From: Escherichia coli O127:H6 str. E2348/69
GTDB taxonomy: Bacteria; Pseudomonadota; Gammaproteobacteria; Enterobacterales; Enterobacteriaceae
DNA length: 64,000 nucleotides
Reading direction: 5' to 3' (one strand)
Assembly (NCBI RefSeq): GCF_000026545.1
Contig: NC_011601.1
Positions 50,952-64,000 of the stretch are shown here, piece by piece (the stretch's first letter is position 1; every line of letters starts with the position of its first letter). The notes below the pieces were generated by a model, which had not been told where the DNA came from, made no database searches, and saw nothing but the letters and a program-made list of their open reading frames with translations. The position numbers and the translations under genes are program-made.

Positions 50952-51734
50952 TTAGGAACTTATCTCTCCATCCTGACCCGATGGCGCACTGAACTCAACC
51001 CTTTCATTTTCAGGAAGCAGACCGCGCCAGCCAAATTGTGATAACGCCTGCATCCAGGTGTCGTCCAGGCCCGCGTGAATAGTCAGCGGCTCGCCAGTAA
51101 AAGGATGCGTCAATGACAACTGACTGGCATGCAGCATTAACCGCTGAAGGCCAAAATGCTCAGCACCGCTGCGATTCTGGCGTAAATCACCATGTTTGCT
51201 GTCGCCAATAATCGGGTGCCGCAAATGGGCAAGATGGCGACGAAGCTGGTGCTTGCGTCCAGTTTTCGGCTCCAGTTCCACCAGGCCGTAGCGCGTGGTC
51301 GGGTAACGTCCGGTCGCTACCGGCATTTCTACGGTCGCCAGACCGCGATAATGCGTCACTGCTGGCTGCGGGCCTTTATCTTCGCGGGCAAATTTATCAG
51401 CGATTTTGTCCAGTTCTTCCACCAGTGGATAATCCAGCACCGCTTCTTCCATCAACCAGCCACGCACAATCGCATGGTAACGTTTCTGGATTTGGTGCTG
51501 TTCAAACTGTTGTGCCAGCAGCCGTCCGGCTTCGCTGGATAATCCCATCAACAACACACCAGAAGTTGGTCGGTCCAGACGATGAGCAGTAAAAACATGC
51601 TGGCCTATCTGGTCACGCACGGTTTGCATGACCACTACTTTCTCGTCGCGATCCAGCCAGCTGCGGTGAACCAACCAGCCGGAGGGTTTATTTACCGCAA
51701 CCAGCCATTCATCCTGATAGAGTATTTCCAGCAT
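50952..51734 (-). CDS. truC: tRNA pseudouridine65 synthase
   Basis: 260 aa, RluA-family motif ([12 protein letters not shown]). Confidence 0.85.
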   Translation of the reverse strand: MLEILYQDEWLVAVNKPSGWLVHRSWLDRDEKVVVMQTVRDQIGQHVFTAHRLDRPTSGVLLMGLSSEAGRLLAQQFEQHQIQKRYHAIVRGWLMEEAVLDYPLVEELDKIADKFAREDKGPQPAVTHYRGLATVEMPVATGRYPTTRYGLVELEPKTGRKHQLRRHLAHLRHPIIGDSKHGDLRQNRSGAEHFGLQRLMLHASQLSLTHPFTGEPLTIHAGLDDTWMQALSQFGWRGLLPENERVEFSAPSGQDGEISS

Positions 51735-52063
51735 TAGCTCGCATCATCCGCAAAAAGAGCATCCAGTTTTTCCAGCTCTGCCAGAATAAGCGCGCGTTGC
51801 GGGTGGTCCGTCGCCAGCGCCATTTCATAATAAGGCGCAACAGCAAAAGCGCCCGGTAACGGCTGGTTGTTATCTAACAAATCGTGCATTCGCGGGATCA
51901 GCACCCACTGCAACCACTCCAGTGGTTCCATGGTGTCCATAAAGAACGGTTGAGTACTGTTAAATTGATGCGGCAGGGGTTCATCGTTTCGCCAGTGCTG
52001 ATGTTCACGCAGTAACGCTTCAAGCGCCTGCAACTGGAGACGAACGCGGTCATGAGTGGTCAT
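51734..52063 (-). CDS. yqcC: DUF446 protein YqcC
   Basis: 109 aa; stop overlaps truC start. Confidence 0.8.
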   Translation of the reverse strand: MTTHDRVRLQLQALEALLREHQHWRNDEPLPHQFNSTQPFFMDTMEPLEWLQWVLIPRMHDLLDNNQPLPGAFAVAPYYEMALATDHPQRALILAELEKLDALFADDAS

Positions 52064-52106
52064 AAAGCAACCTCAATAAGAAAAACTGCCGCGAAGAATA
52101 GCAGGA

Positions 52107-52474
52107 ATAAAAAAAGGGAGCACTGTATTCACAGTGCTCCCGGTTCGTTTCGCAGCATTCCGGCTACTTTTATTGCTCCCTGCTCATCCTTGACAACTTT
52201 TCCTCTGGCCTTACGGCCAATCGTTCATCCTGAACTATTGCTTCCTGCTCACACCACCCCGATGTGATACTTCATCCTGAAGTGTTCCTGGCCTTCCTGA
52301 CCCACCGAATCATCCTGACCGGTTCTCATTCTCCATCCTGGAGGTGTCCTTTAACGCGTCCTGCGTCATCCTCTTCGCTTCATCCAGAAGCCTTTCCCTG
52401 AAACACCATCCTGGTGTGTCCTTCAGAAGTGTCATCATCCTGATGTTCACTTCGTTGTCTGACTCCCTGTCGAC
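52107..52474 (-). ncRNA. csrB: CsrB sRNA (CsrA-sequestering)
   Basis: About 18 copies of CAGGA(U/A)G on the minus strand (seen as catcctg on plus); 5' end GTCGACAGGGAGTCAGACAACGAAGTGAACATCAGGATGATGACAC; 3' terminator gggagcactgtattcacagtgctccc plus U-run. Confidence 0.85.
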
Positions 52475-52684
52475 GAAGATAGAATCGTCTTTTTCTCGAA
52501 GTCTTACAAGGCGCTTACAGACAATGCCTTAAGGAAAATTTCATATGAAAGTTAAGAATTAACAAGCAACATGTTGTTTTTAAATGAGAATAACGATTCT
52601 TATCTTTTTAAGTATTCGCTTATTTCCTGGCGATCTCCTACAGAGTCTGTAAGAGATCTCTCACAACCAGATGGGGTATTTGGA

Positions 52685-53230
52685 TTACAGAAGAGGCTTA
52701 AGTTGATTAAGGAATTCCGCAAGATTTGAGGCTAAATGCGTCCGTTTACGTGTTCCCAGCGTCTCTTTGCACACTTCACCGGAGAGATTACACACCGAGA
52801 TGACCTCTAACTCTTCTTCCAGCGTCGCGATAAATAGCGTGGGCGGCAGTTTTAGCCTTTTCTGAGTCACCAGATGACCAATCAGATTTTCCTGCACCCG
52901 ACGGAAGTCGTCTTCACTCCAGGTTTGCAGCAATGTCAGTTTGATATCGCCAAACTGCGCGTGCATATCCCCGGCAAACTGAGTCGTATAAAAGGTATGA
53001 ATCGTGGGTTGTATCACAATATCAAAAGCGCGTTCAACCGCGTTTACATTTTGTTCCCCGGTAAACGGCTGGGGTTGCCAGTATACGGCATCTTCGGTAG
53101 TTGAAATAATGCACGGTGAAGGAACGCCGTACAGTTCCTCACTTAACGGCCAGCTTTTATGCTCTTCATGCCACGCATCGCAGTAGCGTGCAGTAAAATC
53201 TTTCAGGGCTTGTGCGGTCAAATCGTCCAC
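52685..53230 (-). CDS. syd: SecY-interacting protein Syd
   Basis: 181 aa [23 protein letters not shown]... Confidence 0.85.
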
Positions 53231-53297
53231 TAATTTCTCTCTTCACTTAAACCAGATACACTTGTCGTTTAGTTTATCTGGTTTATGACGGTGAAAC

Positions 53298-54146
53298 ATG
53301 TCTTCTTATGCAAACCATCAGGCACTTGCGGGCCTGACACTTGGAAAATCAACCGATTATCGGGATACCTATGACGCCAGCCTACTGCAAGGCGTACCAC
53401 GCAGCCTGAATCGCGACCCGCTGGGTCTGAAAGCGGATAACCTGCCTTTTCACGGTACGGATATCTGGACGCTGTATGAACTTTCCTGGCTGAATGCGAA
53501 AGGTTTGCCGCAGGTCGCTGTCGGTCATGTTGAACTTGATTACACCAGCGTAAATCTGATTGAGTCGAAGAGTTTTAAGCTCTATCTCAACAGTTTTAAC
53601 CAGACGCGTTTTAATAACTGGGATGAGGTGCGCCAGACGCTGGAGCGCGACTTAAGCACTTGCGCCCAGGGTAAGGTTAGCGTGGCGTTATATCGTCTTG
53701 ATGAACTGGAAGGCCAGCCGATAGGTCATTTCAATGGCACCTGCATTGATGACCAGGATATCACTATCGATAACGATGAATTCACTACTGACTATCTGGA
53801 GAATGCCACCAGTGGTGAAAAAGTAGTGGAAGAGACGCTTGTCAGCCACCTGCTGAAATCAAACTGCCTGATCACCCATCAACCAGATTGGGGTTCGATC
53901 CAAATTCAGTATCGTGGACGCCAAATTGACAGAGAAAAACTGCTGCGTTACCTGGTCTCTTTCCGTCATCACAACGAGTTCCACGAACAGTGCGTGGAAC
54001 GCATCTTTAATGACCTGTTACGCTTCTGCCAGCCAGAAAAATTGAGCGTTTACGCACGTTATACCCGTCGTGGCGGTCTGGACATTAACCCGTGGCGCAG
54101 TAATAACGATTTTGTCCCATCGACCACAAGACTGGTTCGGCAATAA
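53298..54146 (+). CDS. queF: NADPH-dependent 7-cyano-7-deazaguanine reductase
   Basis: 282-aa two-domain QueF. Confidence 0.9.
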   Translation: MSSYANHQALAGLTLGKSTDYRDTYDASLLQGVPRSLNRDPLGLKADNLPFHGTDIWTLYELSWLNAKGLPQVAVGHVELDYTSVNLIESKSFKLYLNSFNQTRFNNWDEVRQTLERDLSTCAQGKVSVALYRLDELEGQPIGHFNGTCIDDQDITIDNDEFTTDYLENATSGEKVVEETLVSHLLKSNCLITHQPDWGSIQIQYRGRQIDREKLLRYLVSFRHHNEFHEQCVERIFNDLLRFCQPEKLSVYARYTRRGGLDINPWRSNNDFVPSTTRLVRQ

Positions 54147-54257
54147 ATTTTTTCTCAATTTTGCGTGCTGGATTCACGCAGAAGGTTGTGAAAGGTCAGC
54201 AGGCAGGGCTATTGTAATCAAAGGGAATGACGATATTCGTCCCATAAGGAGTTTTTC

Positions 54258-55622
54258 TTGATTACACATATTAGCCCGCTTGGCTCCATGGATATGTTGT
54301 CGCAGCTGGAAGTGGATATGCTTAAACGCACCGCCAGCAGCGACCTCTATCAACTGTTTCGCAACTGTTCACTTGCCGTACTGAACTCCGGTAGTTTGAC
54401 CGATAACAGCAAAGAATTGCTGTCTCGTTTTGAAAATTTCGATATTAACGTCCTGCGCCGTGAACGCGGCGTAAAGCTGGAACTGATAAATCCCCCGGAA
54501 GAGGCTTTTGTCGATGGGCGAATTATTCGCGCTTTGCAGGCCAACTTGTTCGCGGTTCTGCGTGACATTCTCTTCGTTTATGGGCAAATTCATAACACCG
54601 TTCGTTTTCCCAACCTGAATCTCGACAACTCCGTCCACATCACTAACCTGGTCTTTTCCATCTTGCGTAACGCTCGCGCGCTGCATGTCGGTGAAGCGCC
54701 AAATATGGTGGTCTGCTGGGGCGGTCACTCAATTAACGAAAACGAGTATTTGTATGCCCGTCGCGTCGGGAACCAGCTGGGCCTGCGTGAGCTGAATATC
54801 TGCACCGGCTGTGGTCCGGGAGCGATGGAAGCGCCGATGAAAGGTGCTGCGGTCGGACACGCGCAGCAGCGTTACAAAGACAGTCGCTTTATTGGTATGA
54901 CAGAGCCGTCGATTATCGCCGCTGAACCGCCTAACCCGCTGGTCAACGAATTGATCATCATGCCAGATATCGAAAAACGTCTGGAAGCGTTTGTCCGTAT
55001 CGCTCACGGTATCATTATCTTCCCTGGCGGTGTGGGTACAGCAGAAGAGTTGCTGTATTTGCTGGGAATTTTAATGAACCCGGCCAACAAAGATCAGGTT
55101 TTACCATTGATCCTCACCGGCCCGAAAGAGAGCGCCGACTACTTCCGCGTACTGGACGAGTTTGTCGTGCATACGCTGGGTGAAAACGCGCGCCGCCATT
55201 ACCGCATCATCATTGATGACGCCGCTGAAGTCGCTCGTCAGATGAAAAAATCGATGCCGCTGGTGAAAGAAAATCGCCGCGACACTGGTGACGCTTACAG
55301 CTTTAACTGGTCAATGCGCATTGCGCCAGATTTGCAAATGCCGTTTGAGCCGTCTCACGAGAATATGGCTAATCTGAAGCTTTACCCGGATCAACCCGTT
55401 GAAGTGCTGGCTGCCGACCTGCGCCGTGCGTTCTCCGGTATTGTGGCGGGTAATGTAAAAGAAGTCGGTATTCGCGCCATTGAAGAGTTTGGTCCTTACA
55501 AAATCAACGGCGATAAAGAAATTATGCGTCGTATGGACGACCTGCTACAGGGTTTTGTTGCCCAGCATCGTATGAAGTTGCCAGGCTCAGCCTACATCCC
55601 TTGCTACGAAATCTGCACGTAA
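54258..55622 (+). CDS. ppnN: pyrimidine/purine nucleotide 5'-monophosphate nucleosidase (LOG family)
   Basis: 454 aa, formerly YgdH. Confidence 0.85.
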
Positions 55623-56178
55623 GCTCCCCTCCCCCGGTGACGTTTGTTGCCGGGTTTTCTCGTTTTTGGTCACTTACTCATCAACTCATTTCATTTGTTA
55701 TATGAATGTTTCTTACCATCCTCACGCGATAAATATCACCACAGTTAATATGTCATACAATTTATGTTGAAACGCAAACGTTTCCCTATTTTCATAAACC
55801 ACATTTTATCGCCATAAAAAAGAAATTATCGCCATGATTAACTAAAAGTATTGATTTTTTCAGTTCAACCTACATATATTGCGCGCCCCGGAAGAAGTCA
55901 GATGTCGTTTAATGGGCAAATATTGCCCTTAAATTCTCTTTTACTTTTGATTTACAGAGTAAAGCGTTGGGATTATCTATCTTCCAAGTAGATTATTGTA
56001 TTTGGGATCAAGATCACTGATAGATACATAACTTGTGTGTATCTTTCCGCCCTCAAATTATTACGGTGGAAAATGATTAAGCCATCGCCGATAGACAGAT
56101 TTCATTTTTACGGTCAGGCACCTTCCCGGGCTGAACTGGCTAAAAGCTGAATTATTTGCATTCCTCCAGGAGAAATAG

Positions 56179-57468
56179 ATGGAAACGACTCAAACCAGCA
56201 CGATTGCGTCGAAAGACTCTCGTAGTGCCTGGCGCAAGACAGACACCATGTGGATGCTGGGCCTTTACGGCACGGCAATCGGCGCGGGCGTGCTGTTCCT
56301 GCCAATCAACGCTGGTGTTGGCGGTATGATCCCGCTGATCATCATGGCTATCCTTGCGTTCCCGATGACGTTTTTTGCTCACCGCGGCCTGACTCGCTTC
56401 GTACTGTCTGGTAAAAACCCGGGCGAAGACATCACCGAGGTTGTAGAAGAACACTTTGGTATTGGCGCAGGTAAACTGATTACCCTGCTCTACTTCTTCG
56501 CTATCTACCCGATCCTGCTGGTTTATAGCGTGGCAATCACCAATACAGTTGAAAGCTTCATGTCTCACCAGCTGGGTATGACGCCACCGCCGCGTGCGAT
56601 TCTGTCGCTGATCCTGATCGTGGGTATGATGACCATCGTTCGCTTCGGTGAGCAAATGATCGTTAAGGCGATGAGTATTCTGGTATTCCCGTTTGTTGGC
56701 GTACTGATGCTGCTGGCTCTGTACTTGATCCCGCAGTGGAACGGCGCAGCACTGGAAACGCTGTCTCTGGACACTGCATCTGCAACCGGAAACGGTCTGT
56801 GGATGACCCTGTGGCTGGCAATTCCGGTAATGGTGTTCTCGTTCAACCACTCTCCGATCATCTCTTCTTTCGCCGTTGCGAAGCGTGAAGAGTACGGCGA
56901 TATGGCAGAACAGAAATGCTCTAAGATCCTGGCATTCGCACACATCATGATGGTGCTGACCGTAATGTTCTTCGTCTTCAGCTGCGTACTGAGCCTGACT
57001 CCGGCAGACCTGGCTGCGGCTAAAGAGCAGAACATCTCGATTCTGTCTTACCTGGCTAACCACTTTAACGCGCCGATTATCGCGTGGATGGCTCCGATTA
57101 TCGCGATTATCGCTATCACCAAATCCTTCCTCGGCCACTACCTGGGCGCACGTGAAGGCTTCAACGGTATGGTGATTAAATCTCTGCGTGGTAAAGGTAA
57201 GTCTATCGAAATCAACAAGCTGAACCGTATCACTGCGCTGTTCATGCTGGTAACGACTTGGATTGTTGCCACCCTGAACCCGAGCATCCTGGGTATGATT
57301 GAAACCCTGGGCGGCCCAATCATCGCGATGATCCTGTTCCTGATGCCGATGTACGCAATTCAGAAAGTACCGGCAATGCGTAAGTACAGCGGTCACATCA
57401 GCAACGTATTCGTTGTCGTGATGGGTCTGATTGCAATCTCCGCAATCTTCTACTCTCTGTTCAGCTAA
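56179..57468 (+). CDS. sdaC: serine:H+ symporter
   Basis: 429-aa HAAAP-family transporter. Confidence 0.9.
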   Translation: METTQTSTIASKDSRSAWRKTDTMWMLGLYGTAIGAGVLFLPINAGVGGMIPLIIMAILAFPMTFFAHRGLTRFVLSGKNPGEDITEVVEEHFGIGAGKLITLLYFFAIYPILLVYSVAITNTVESFMSHQLGMTPPPRAILSLILIVGMMTIVRFGEQMIVKAMSILVFPFVGVLMLLALYLIPQWNGAALETLSLDTASATGNGLWMTLWLAIPVMVFSFNHSPIISSFAVAKREEYGDMAEQKCSKILAFAHIMMVLTVMFFVFSCVLSLTPADLAAAKEQNISILSYLANHFNAPIIAWMAPIIAIIAITKSFLGHYLGAREGFNGMVIKSLRGKGKSIEINKLNRITALFMLVTTWIVATLNPSILGMIETLGGPIIAMILFLMPMYAIQKVPAMRKYSGHISNVFVVVMGLIAISAIFYSLFS

Positions 57469-57525
57469 GTCCTTTCGCGCCGCTTTCGGGCGGCGCTTCC
57501 TCCGTTTTAACGCGATGTATTTCCT

Positions 57526-59759
<2,234 letters not shown>

Positions 59760-59762
59760 CGG

Positions 59763-59802
59763 CGTGCCGGATACGGCGCAAACGTCGCATCCGGCATTAT
59801 CA
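59763..59802. repeat. REP-like element between xni and fucO
   Basis: cggcgtgccggatacggcgcaaacgtcgcatccggcatta. Confidence 0.5.
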
Positions 59803-59813
59803 CATCAGCGCAT

Positions 59814-60965
59814 TTACCAGGCGGTATGGTAAAGCTCTACAATATCCTCAAGCGTTGCTTCACGCGGGTTGCCACCGGTACAAACATCATCCAGTGCCGC
59901 CTGCGCCAGTGTCGGAATATCTTCCTTACGTACACCAACATCACGTAAATGTGGCGGAATACCGACATCACGGTTGAGAGCAAACACCGCTTCAACAGCG
60001 GCATTACGCGCCTCTTCCAGGCTCATACCTTCCACTTTCACGCCCATAACGCGTGCGATATCGCGGTACTTCTCACCGGTAAAGTCAGCGTTATAACGCA
60101 TAACATGCGGTAACAGGATGGCGTTCGCAACACCGTGTGGCGTGTTGTAAAACGCGCCCAGTGGATGCGCCATACCATGCACCAACCCTAACCCAACATT
60201 CGAGAATCCCATACCCGCAACATACTGCCCGAGCGCCATTTCTTCTCCGGCATCCTTATCACCAGCAACCGATCCTCGCAGCGCCCCAGCAATGATTTCA
60301 ATCGCTTTAATGTGCAGCGCATCGGTTAGCGCCCACGCGCCACGGGTAATATACCCCTCAATAGCATGAGTGAGCGCATCGACACCCGTCGCGGCTTTCA
60401 GCGCTGGAGGCATACCATCCATCATGTCAGCGTCAATAAACGCCACCTGCGGGATATCATGCGGATCAACGCAAACAAACTTGCGCCGTTTTTCTTCGTC
60501 AGTGATCACGTAGTTAATGGTCACTTCTGCCGCAGTACCTGCTGTGGTGGGGATTGCCAGAATCGGTACACTGGGTTTATTGGTCGGGGAAAGCCCTTCC
60601 AGGCTACGCACATCGGCAAACTCCGGGTTGTTGCTGATAATGCCAATCGCTTTACAAGTATCCTGTGGAGAACCGCCACCAATAGCGATCAGGTAATCCG
60701 CGCCGCTATTCTGGAATACACCGAGCCCTTCTTTGACGACAGTAATTGTTGGGTTCGGCACTACGCCGTCGTAAATCGCCCATGCCAGCCCTGCAGCATC
60801 CATCTTATCGGTCACTTTTGCCACCACGCCGCATTGCACCAGCGTTTTATCGGTGACGATCAGCGCCTTCTGATAACCACGGCGTTTCACCTCATCGGTT
60901 AAAGCTCCAACAGCCCCCCGACCAAACCATGCCGTTTCGTTCAGAATCATTCTGTTAGCCATCAT
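59814..60965 (-). CDS. fucO: L-1,2-propanediol oxidoreductase
   Basis: 383 aa MMANRMILNETAWFGRGAVGAL..., iron-dependent ADH. Confidence 0.9.
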   Translation of the reverse strand: MMANRMILNETAWFGRGAVGALTDEVKRRGYQKALIVTDKTLVQCGVVAKVTDKMDAAGLAWAIYDGVVPNPTITVVKEGLGVFQNSGADYLIAIGGGSPQDTCKAIGIISNNPEFADVRSLEGLSPTNKPSVPILAIPTTAGTAAEVTINYVITDEEKRRKFVCVDPHDIPQVAFIDADMMDGMPPALKAATGVDALTHAIEGYITRGAWALTDALHIKAIEIIAGALRGSVAGDKDAGEEMALGQYVAGMGFSNVGLGLVHGMAHPLGAFYNTPHGVANAILLPHVMRYNADFTGEKYRDIARVMGVKVEGMSLEEARNAAVEAVFALNRDVGIPPHLRDVGVRKEDIPTLAQAALDDVCTGGNPREATLEDIVELYHTAW

Positions 60966-60989
60966 CCTTCTCCTTGTTGCTTTACGAAA

Positions 60990-61637
60990 TTACTCTTCAA
61001 TCCGTAACCCGTAGGTTTTGAATTTCTCCAGCACTACGGCAATCTCTTCATCGCTCAGCACTGGCACCGGGTCCGTAATCGCCAGGGTCGTCAGGTAAAG
61101 TTGCGCCAGCACTTCAACTTCATGCGCCAGCCATAACGCTTTCTCCAGATTCACCTCACAAGCGATAAGCCCATGATGTTGTAACAAAGTTGCCTTACGA
61201 TTTTTGAGAGCCAGCGCAACATGTTCAGAAAGTTCGCGTGTTCCAAAGGTCGCATAAGGCGCGCAAGGAATAGAATTACCGCCAGCCGCCGCAATCATGT
61301 AGTGAATCGCGGGGATCGGTCGGTTAAGAATGGAAACTGCCGTACAATGAACGGCATGATTGTGAACAACCGCGTTGGCATCCGGTCTGCTTTGATAGGC
61401 CGCCATATGGAAACGCCACTCGCTTGAGGGGAGCTTTCCTTCCTCATGTTTGCCGTTGCCATCAATAAAGACAATATGCGACTCCGTCAGTTTTTCATAT
61501 GGAATGCCTGTAGGCGTAATCAGCATCCCATCCTGATAACGTACACTGACGTTACCCGCTGTCCCCTGGTTCAGTCCCAGGCGGGTCATTTCCAGGCAAG
61601 TGTCAATAATCTGACGAGCAAGTTTATTTCGTTCCAT
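60990..61637 (-). CDS. fucA: L-fuculose-phosphate aldolase
   Basis: 215 aa MERNKLARQIIDTCLEMTRLGLNQGTAGNVS... Confidence 0.9.
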   Translation of the reverse strand: MERNKLARQIIDTCLEMTRLGLNQGTAGNVSVRYQDGMLITPTGIPYEKLTESHIVFIDGNGKHEEGKLPSSEWRFHMAAYQSRPDANAVVHNHAVHCTAVSILNRPIPAIHYMIAAAGGNSIPCAPYATFGTRELSEHVALALKNRKATLLQHHGLIACEVNLEKALWLAHEVEVLAQLYLTTLAITDPVPVLSDEEIAVVLEKFKTYGLRIEE

Positions 61638-62183
61638 TAGCTACCTCTCTCTGATTCAAAACAGGGCAATAATGTTGTTCCTTTCACACTATTGAATTAG
61701 CCGTTTAATTACCCACCATCTTCTTCCTGATTAACCAGAAAGAAATTCACAAGCTTATATTTTGTGACCTGGTTCAACTAATCACAGTAAATAACTGCAA
61801 GTTCTCTTTTTATAACCCTATTAAAAATGACCGCTCTTAAAAATATTTATCAAAACGGTCATTTTTCCATTCCCCCTCGCCAGAAATGCCCGTTTTCGGC
61901 ACAAACAATTAATACGGTCATCGGGTTTGTGTTTTTTATGATTTATTTTCTGAAACGGGCATGAAATTTCGATTATTAAAGTGATGGTAGTCACATAAAG
62001 TCACCTCCCAACTAATAAGTGTGACCGCCGTCATATTACAGAGCGTTTTTTATTTGAAAATGAATCCATGAGTTCATTTCTGACAGGCAAATATTCACTG
62101 ATATGAAGCCCGAACTCGCTGGTTTTGCACTTTTGAAAACATAACCGATTACGTGCTTAAGCTTCTGAACCTAAGAGGATGCT
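61638..62183. promoter_or_regulatory. divergent fucAO / fucPIK control region with CRP-like sites
   Basis: tgtgacctggttcaac (61764-61779) and gtgatggtagtcacat (61981-61996) resemble CRP half-sites. Confidence 0.5.
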
Positions 62184-63500
62184 ATGGGAAACACATCAAT
62201 ACAAACGCAGAGTTACCGTGCGGTAGATAAAGATGCAGGGCAAAGCAGAAGTTACATTATTCCATTCGCGCTGCTGTGCTCACTGTTTTTTCTTTGGGCG
62301 GTAGCCAATAACCTTAACGACATTTTATTACCTCAATTCCAGCAGGCTTTTACGCTGACAAATTTCCAGGCTGGCCTGATCCAATCGGCCTTTTACTTTG
62401 GTTATTTCATTATCCCAATCCCTGCTGGGATATTGATGAAAAAACTCAGTTATAAAGCAGGGATTATTACCGGATTATTTTTATATGCCTTGGGCGCTGC
62501 ATTATTCTGGCCCGCTGCAGAAATAATGAACTACACCTTATTTTTAGTTGGCCTATTTATTATTGCAGCTGGATTAGGTTGTCTGGAAACTGCCGCAAAC
62601 CCTTTTGTTACGGTATTAGGGCCGGAAAGCAGTGGTCACTTCCGCTTAAATCTTGCGCAAACATTTAACTCGTTTGGCGCAATTATCGCGGTTGTCTTTG
62701 GACAAAGTCTTATTTTGTCTAACGTGCCACATCAATCGCAAGACGTTCTCGATAAAATGTCTCCAGAGCAATTGAGTGCGTATAAACACAGCCTGGTATT
62801 ATCGGTACAGACACCTTATATGATCATCGTGGCTATCGTGTTACTGGTCGCCCTGCTGATCATGCTGACGAAATTCCCGGCATTGCAGAGTGATAATCAC
62901 AGTGACGCCAAACAAGGATCGTTCTCCGCATCGCTTTCTCGTCTGGCGCGTATTCGTCACTGGCGCTGGGCGGTATTAGCGCAATTCTGCTATGTCGGCG
63001 CGCAAACGGCCTGCTGGAGCTATTTGATTCGCTACGCTGTGGAAGAAATTCCAGGTATGACCGCAGGCTTTGCCGCTAACTATTTAACCGGAACCATGGT
63101 GTGCTTCTTTATTGGTCGTTTCACCGGTACCTGGCTCATCAGTCGCTTCGCACCACACAAAGTCCTGGCAGCCTACGCATTAATCGCTATGGCACTGTGC
63201 CTGATCTCAGCCTTCGCTGGCGGTCATGTGGGCTTAATAGCCCTGACATTATGCAGTGCCTTTATGTCGATTCAGTACCCAACAATCTTCTCGCTGGGCA
63301 TTAAGAATCTCGGCCAGGACACCAAATACGGTTCGTCCTTCATCGTTATGACCATTATTGGCGGCGGTATTGTCACTCCGGTCATGGGTTTTGTCAGTGA
63401 CGCGGCGGGCAACATCCCCACTGCTGAACTGATCCCCGCACTCTGCTTCGCGGTCATCTTTATCTTTGCCCGTTTCCGTTCTCAAACGGCAACTAACTGA
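62184..63500 (+). CDS. fucP: L-fucose:H+ symporter
   Basis: 438-aa MFS. Confidence 0.9.
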   Translation: MGNTSIQTQSYRAVDKDAGQSRSYIIPFALLCSLFFLWAVANNLNDILLPQFQQAFTLTNFQAGLIQSAFYFGYFIIPIPAGILMKKLSYKAGIITGLFLYALGAALFWPAAEIMNYTLFLVGLFIIAAGLGCLETAANPFVTVLGPESSGHFRLNLAQTFNSFGAIIAVVFGQSLILSNVPHQSQDVLDKMSPEQLSAYKHSLVLSVQTPYMIIVAIVLLVALLIMLTKFPALQSDNHSDAKQGSFSASLSRLARIRHWRWAVLAQFCYVGAQTACWSYLIRYAVEEIPGMTAGFAANYLTGTMVCFFIGRFTGTWLISRFAPHKVLAAYALIAMALCLISAFAGGHVGLIALTLCSAFMSIQYPTIFSLGIKNLGQDTKYGSSFIVMTIIGGGIVTPVMGFVSDAAGNIPTAELIPALCFAVIFIFARFRSQTATN

Positions 63501-63532
63501 ACATATTTTCCGAATAAAGTGAGGAATCTGTA

Positions 63533-64000
63533 ATGAAAAAAATCAGCTTACCGAAAATTGGTATCCGCCCGGTTATTGACGGTCGTCGCATGGGTGTTCG
63601 TGAGTCGCTTGAAGAACAAACAATGAATATGGCGAAAGCCACGGCTGCACTGCTGACCGAGAAACTGCGCCATGCCTGTGGAGCTGCCGTCGAGTGTGTC
63701 ATTTCCGATACCTGTATCGCGGGTATGGCTGAAGCCGCTGCTTGCGAAGAAAAATTCAGCAGTCAGAATGTAGGCCTCACCATTACGGTAACGCCTTGCT
63801 GGTGCTATGGCAGTGAAACCATCGACATGGATCCAACCCGCCCGAAAGCCATTTGGGGCTTTAACGGCACTGAACGTCCCGGCGCTGTTTACCTGGCTGC
63901 GGCTTTGGCAGCTCACAGCCAGAAAGGCATCCCGGCATTCTCCATTTACGGTCATGACGTTCAGGATGCCGATGACACATCGATTCCTGCTGATGTTGAA
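63533..64000 (+). CDS. fucI: L-fucose isomerase (N-terminal part; the gene continues beyond the window)
   Basis: Translation from the ATG at 63533 gives [36 protein letters not shown]... Confidence 0.9.
   Translation, partial: MKKISLPKIGIRPVIDGRRMGVRESLEEQTMNMAKATAALLTEKLRHACGAAVECVISDTCIAGMAEAAACEEKFSSQNVGLTITVTPCWCYGSETIDMDPTRPKAIWGFNGTERPGAVYLAAALAAHSQKGIPAFSIYGHDVQDADDTSIPADVE

Noticed and set aside
52052-52532. Two plus-strand ORFs (71 and 62 aa)
   Set aside because: They overlap the csrB non-coding RNA; repeated catcctg motifs show this is csrB on the opposite strand.

Overview
This window is Escherichia coli chromosomal DNA, collinear with the K-12 pcm-surE ... fucPIK region (about 2.87-2.93 Mb in K-12 coordinates). 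Gene names rest on the translated ORFs in the track, which match well-known K-12 proteins. Identified genes in order are pcm (partial), surE, truD, ispF, ispD, ftsB, ygbE, cysC, cysN, cysD, iap, cysH, cysI, cysJ, queD, ygcNOP, ygcQRS, ygcU, ygcW, yqcE, ygcE, queE, ygcG, eno, pyrG, mazG, mazF, mazE, relA, rlmD, barA, gudD, gudX, gudP, yqcA, truC, yqcC, the csrB sRNA, syd, queF, ppnN(ygdH), sdaC, sdaB, xni, fucO, fucA, fucP and fucI (partial). There are two strain-specific differences from K-12. First, the type I-E CRISPR-Cas locus (cas3-casABCDE-cas1-cas2 plus array), which in K-12 lies between iap and cysH, is absent. In its place the 1.6-kb gap carries a 50-aa Hok/Gef-family type I toxin gene that the >=60-aa ORF track missed. 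It also carries an rve/DDE transposase ORF that starts 62 bp upstream of the hok start codon. Second, a complete PTS sucrose regulon, scrK-scrY-scrA-scrB-scrR, with palindromic ScrR-type operators, is inserted between ygcE and queE. No mobility genes flank it. I recall this arrangement being reported for cas-less EPEC-type strains but cannot verify that here. csrB lies between yqcC and syd on the minus strand (about 367 nt, with roughly 18 CAGGA(U/A)G CsrA-binding motifs) and overlaps two spurious ORFs in the track. REP/BIME elements, several intrinsic terminators, ScrR operators and a perfect CRP consensus in the ygcW-yqcE divergent region are noted. The poorly characterised ygc cluster (ETF-like YgcQR, FixCX-like YgcNO, GlpP-like YgcP, FAD oxidase YgcU, SDR YgcW, FGGY kinase YgcE and two MFS transporters) is flagged as a candidate catabolic system of unknown substrate. 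Locally, the most interesting region is the one where CRISPR-Cas has been replaced by the hok-like gene and the transposase.
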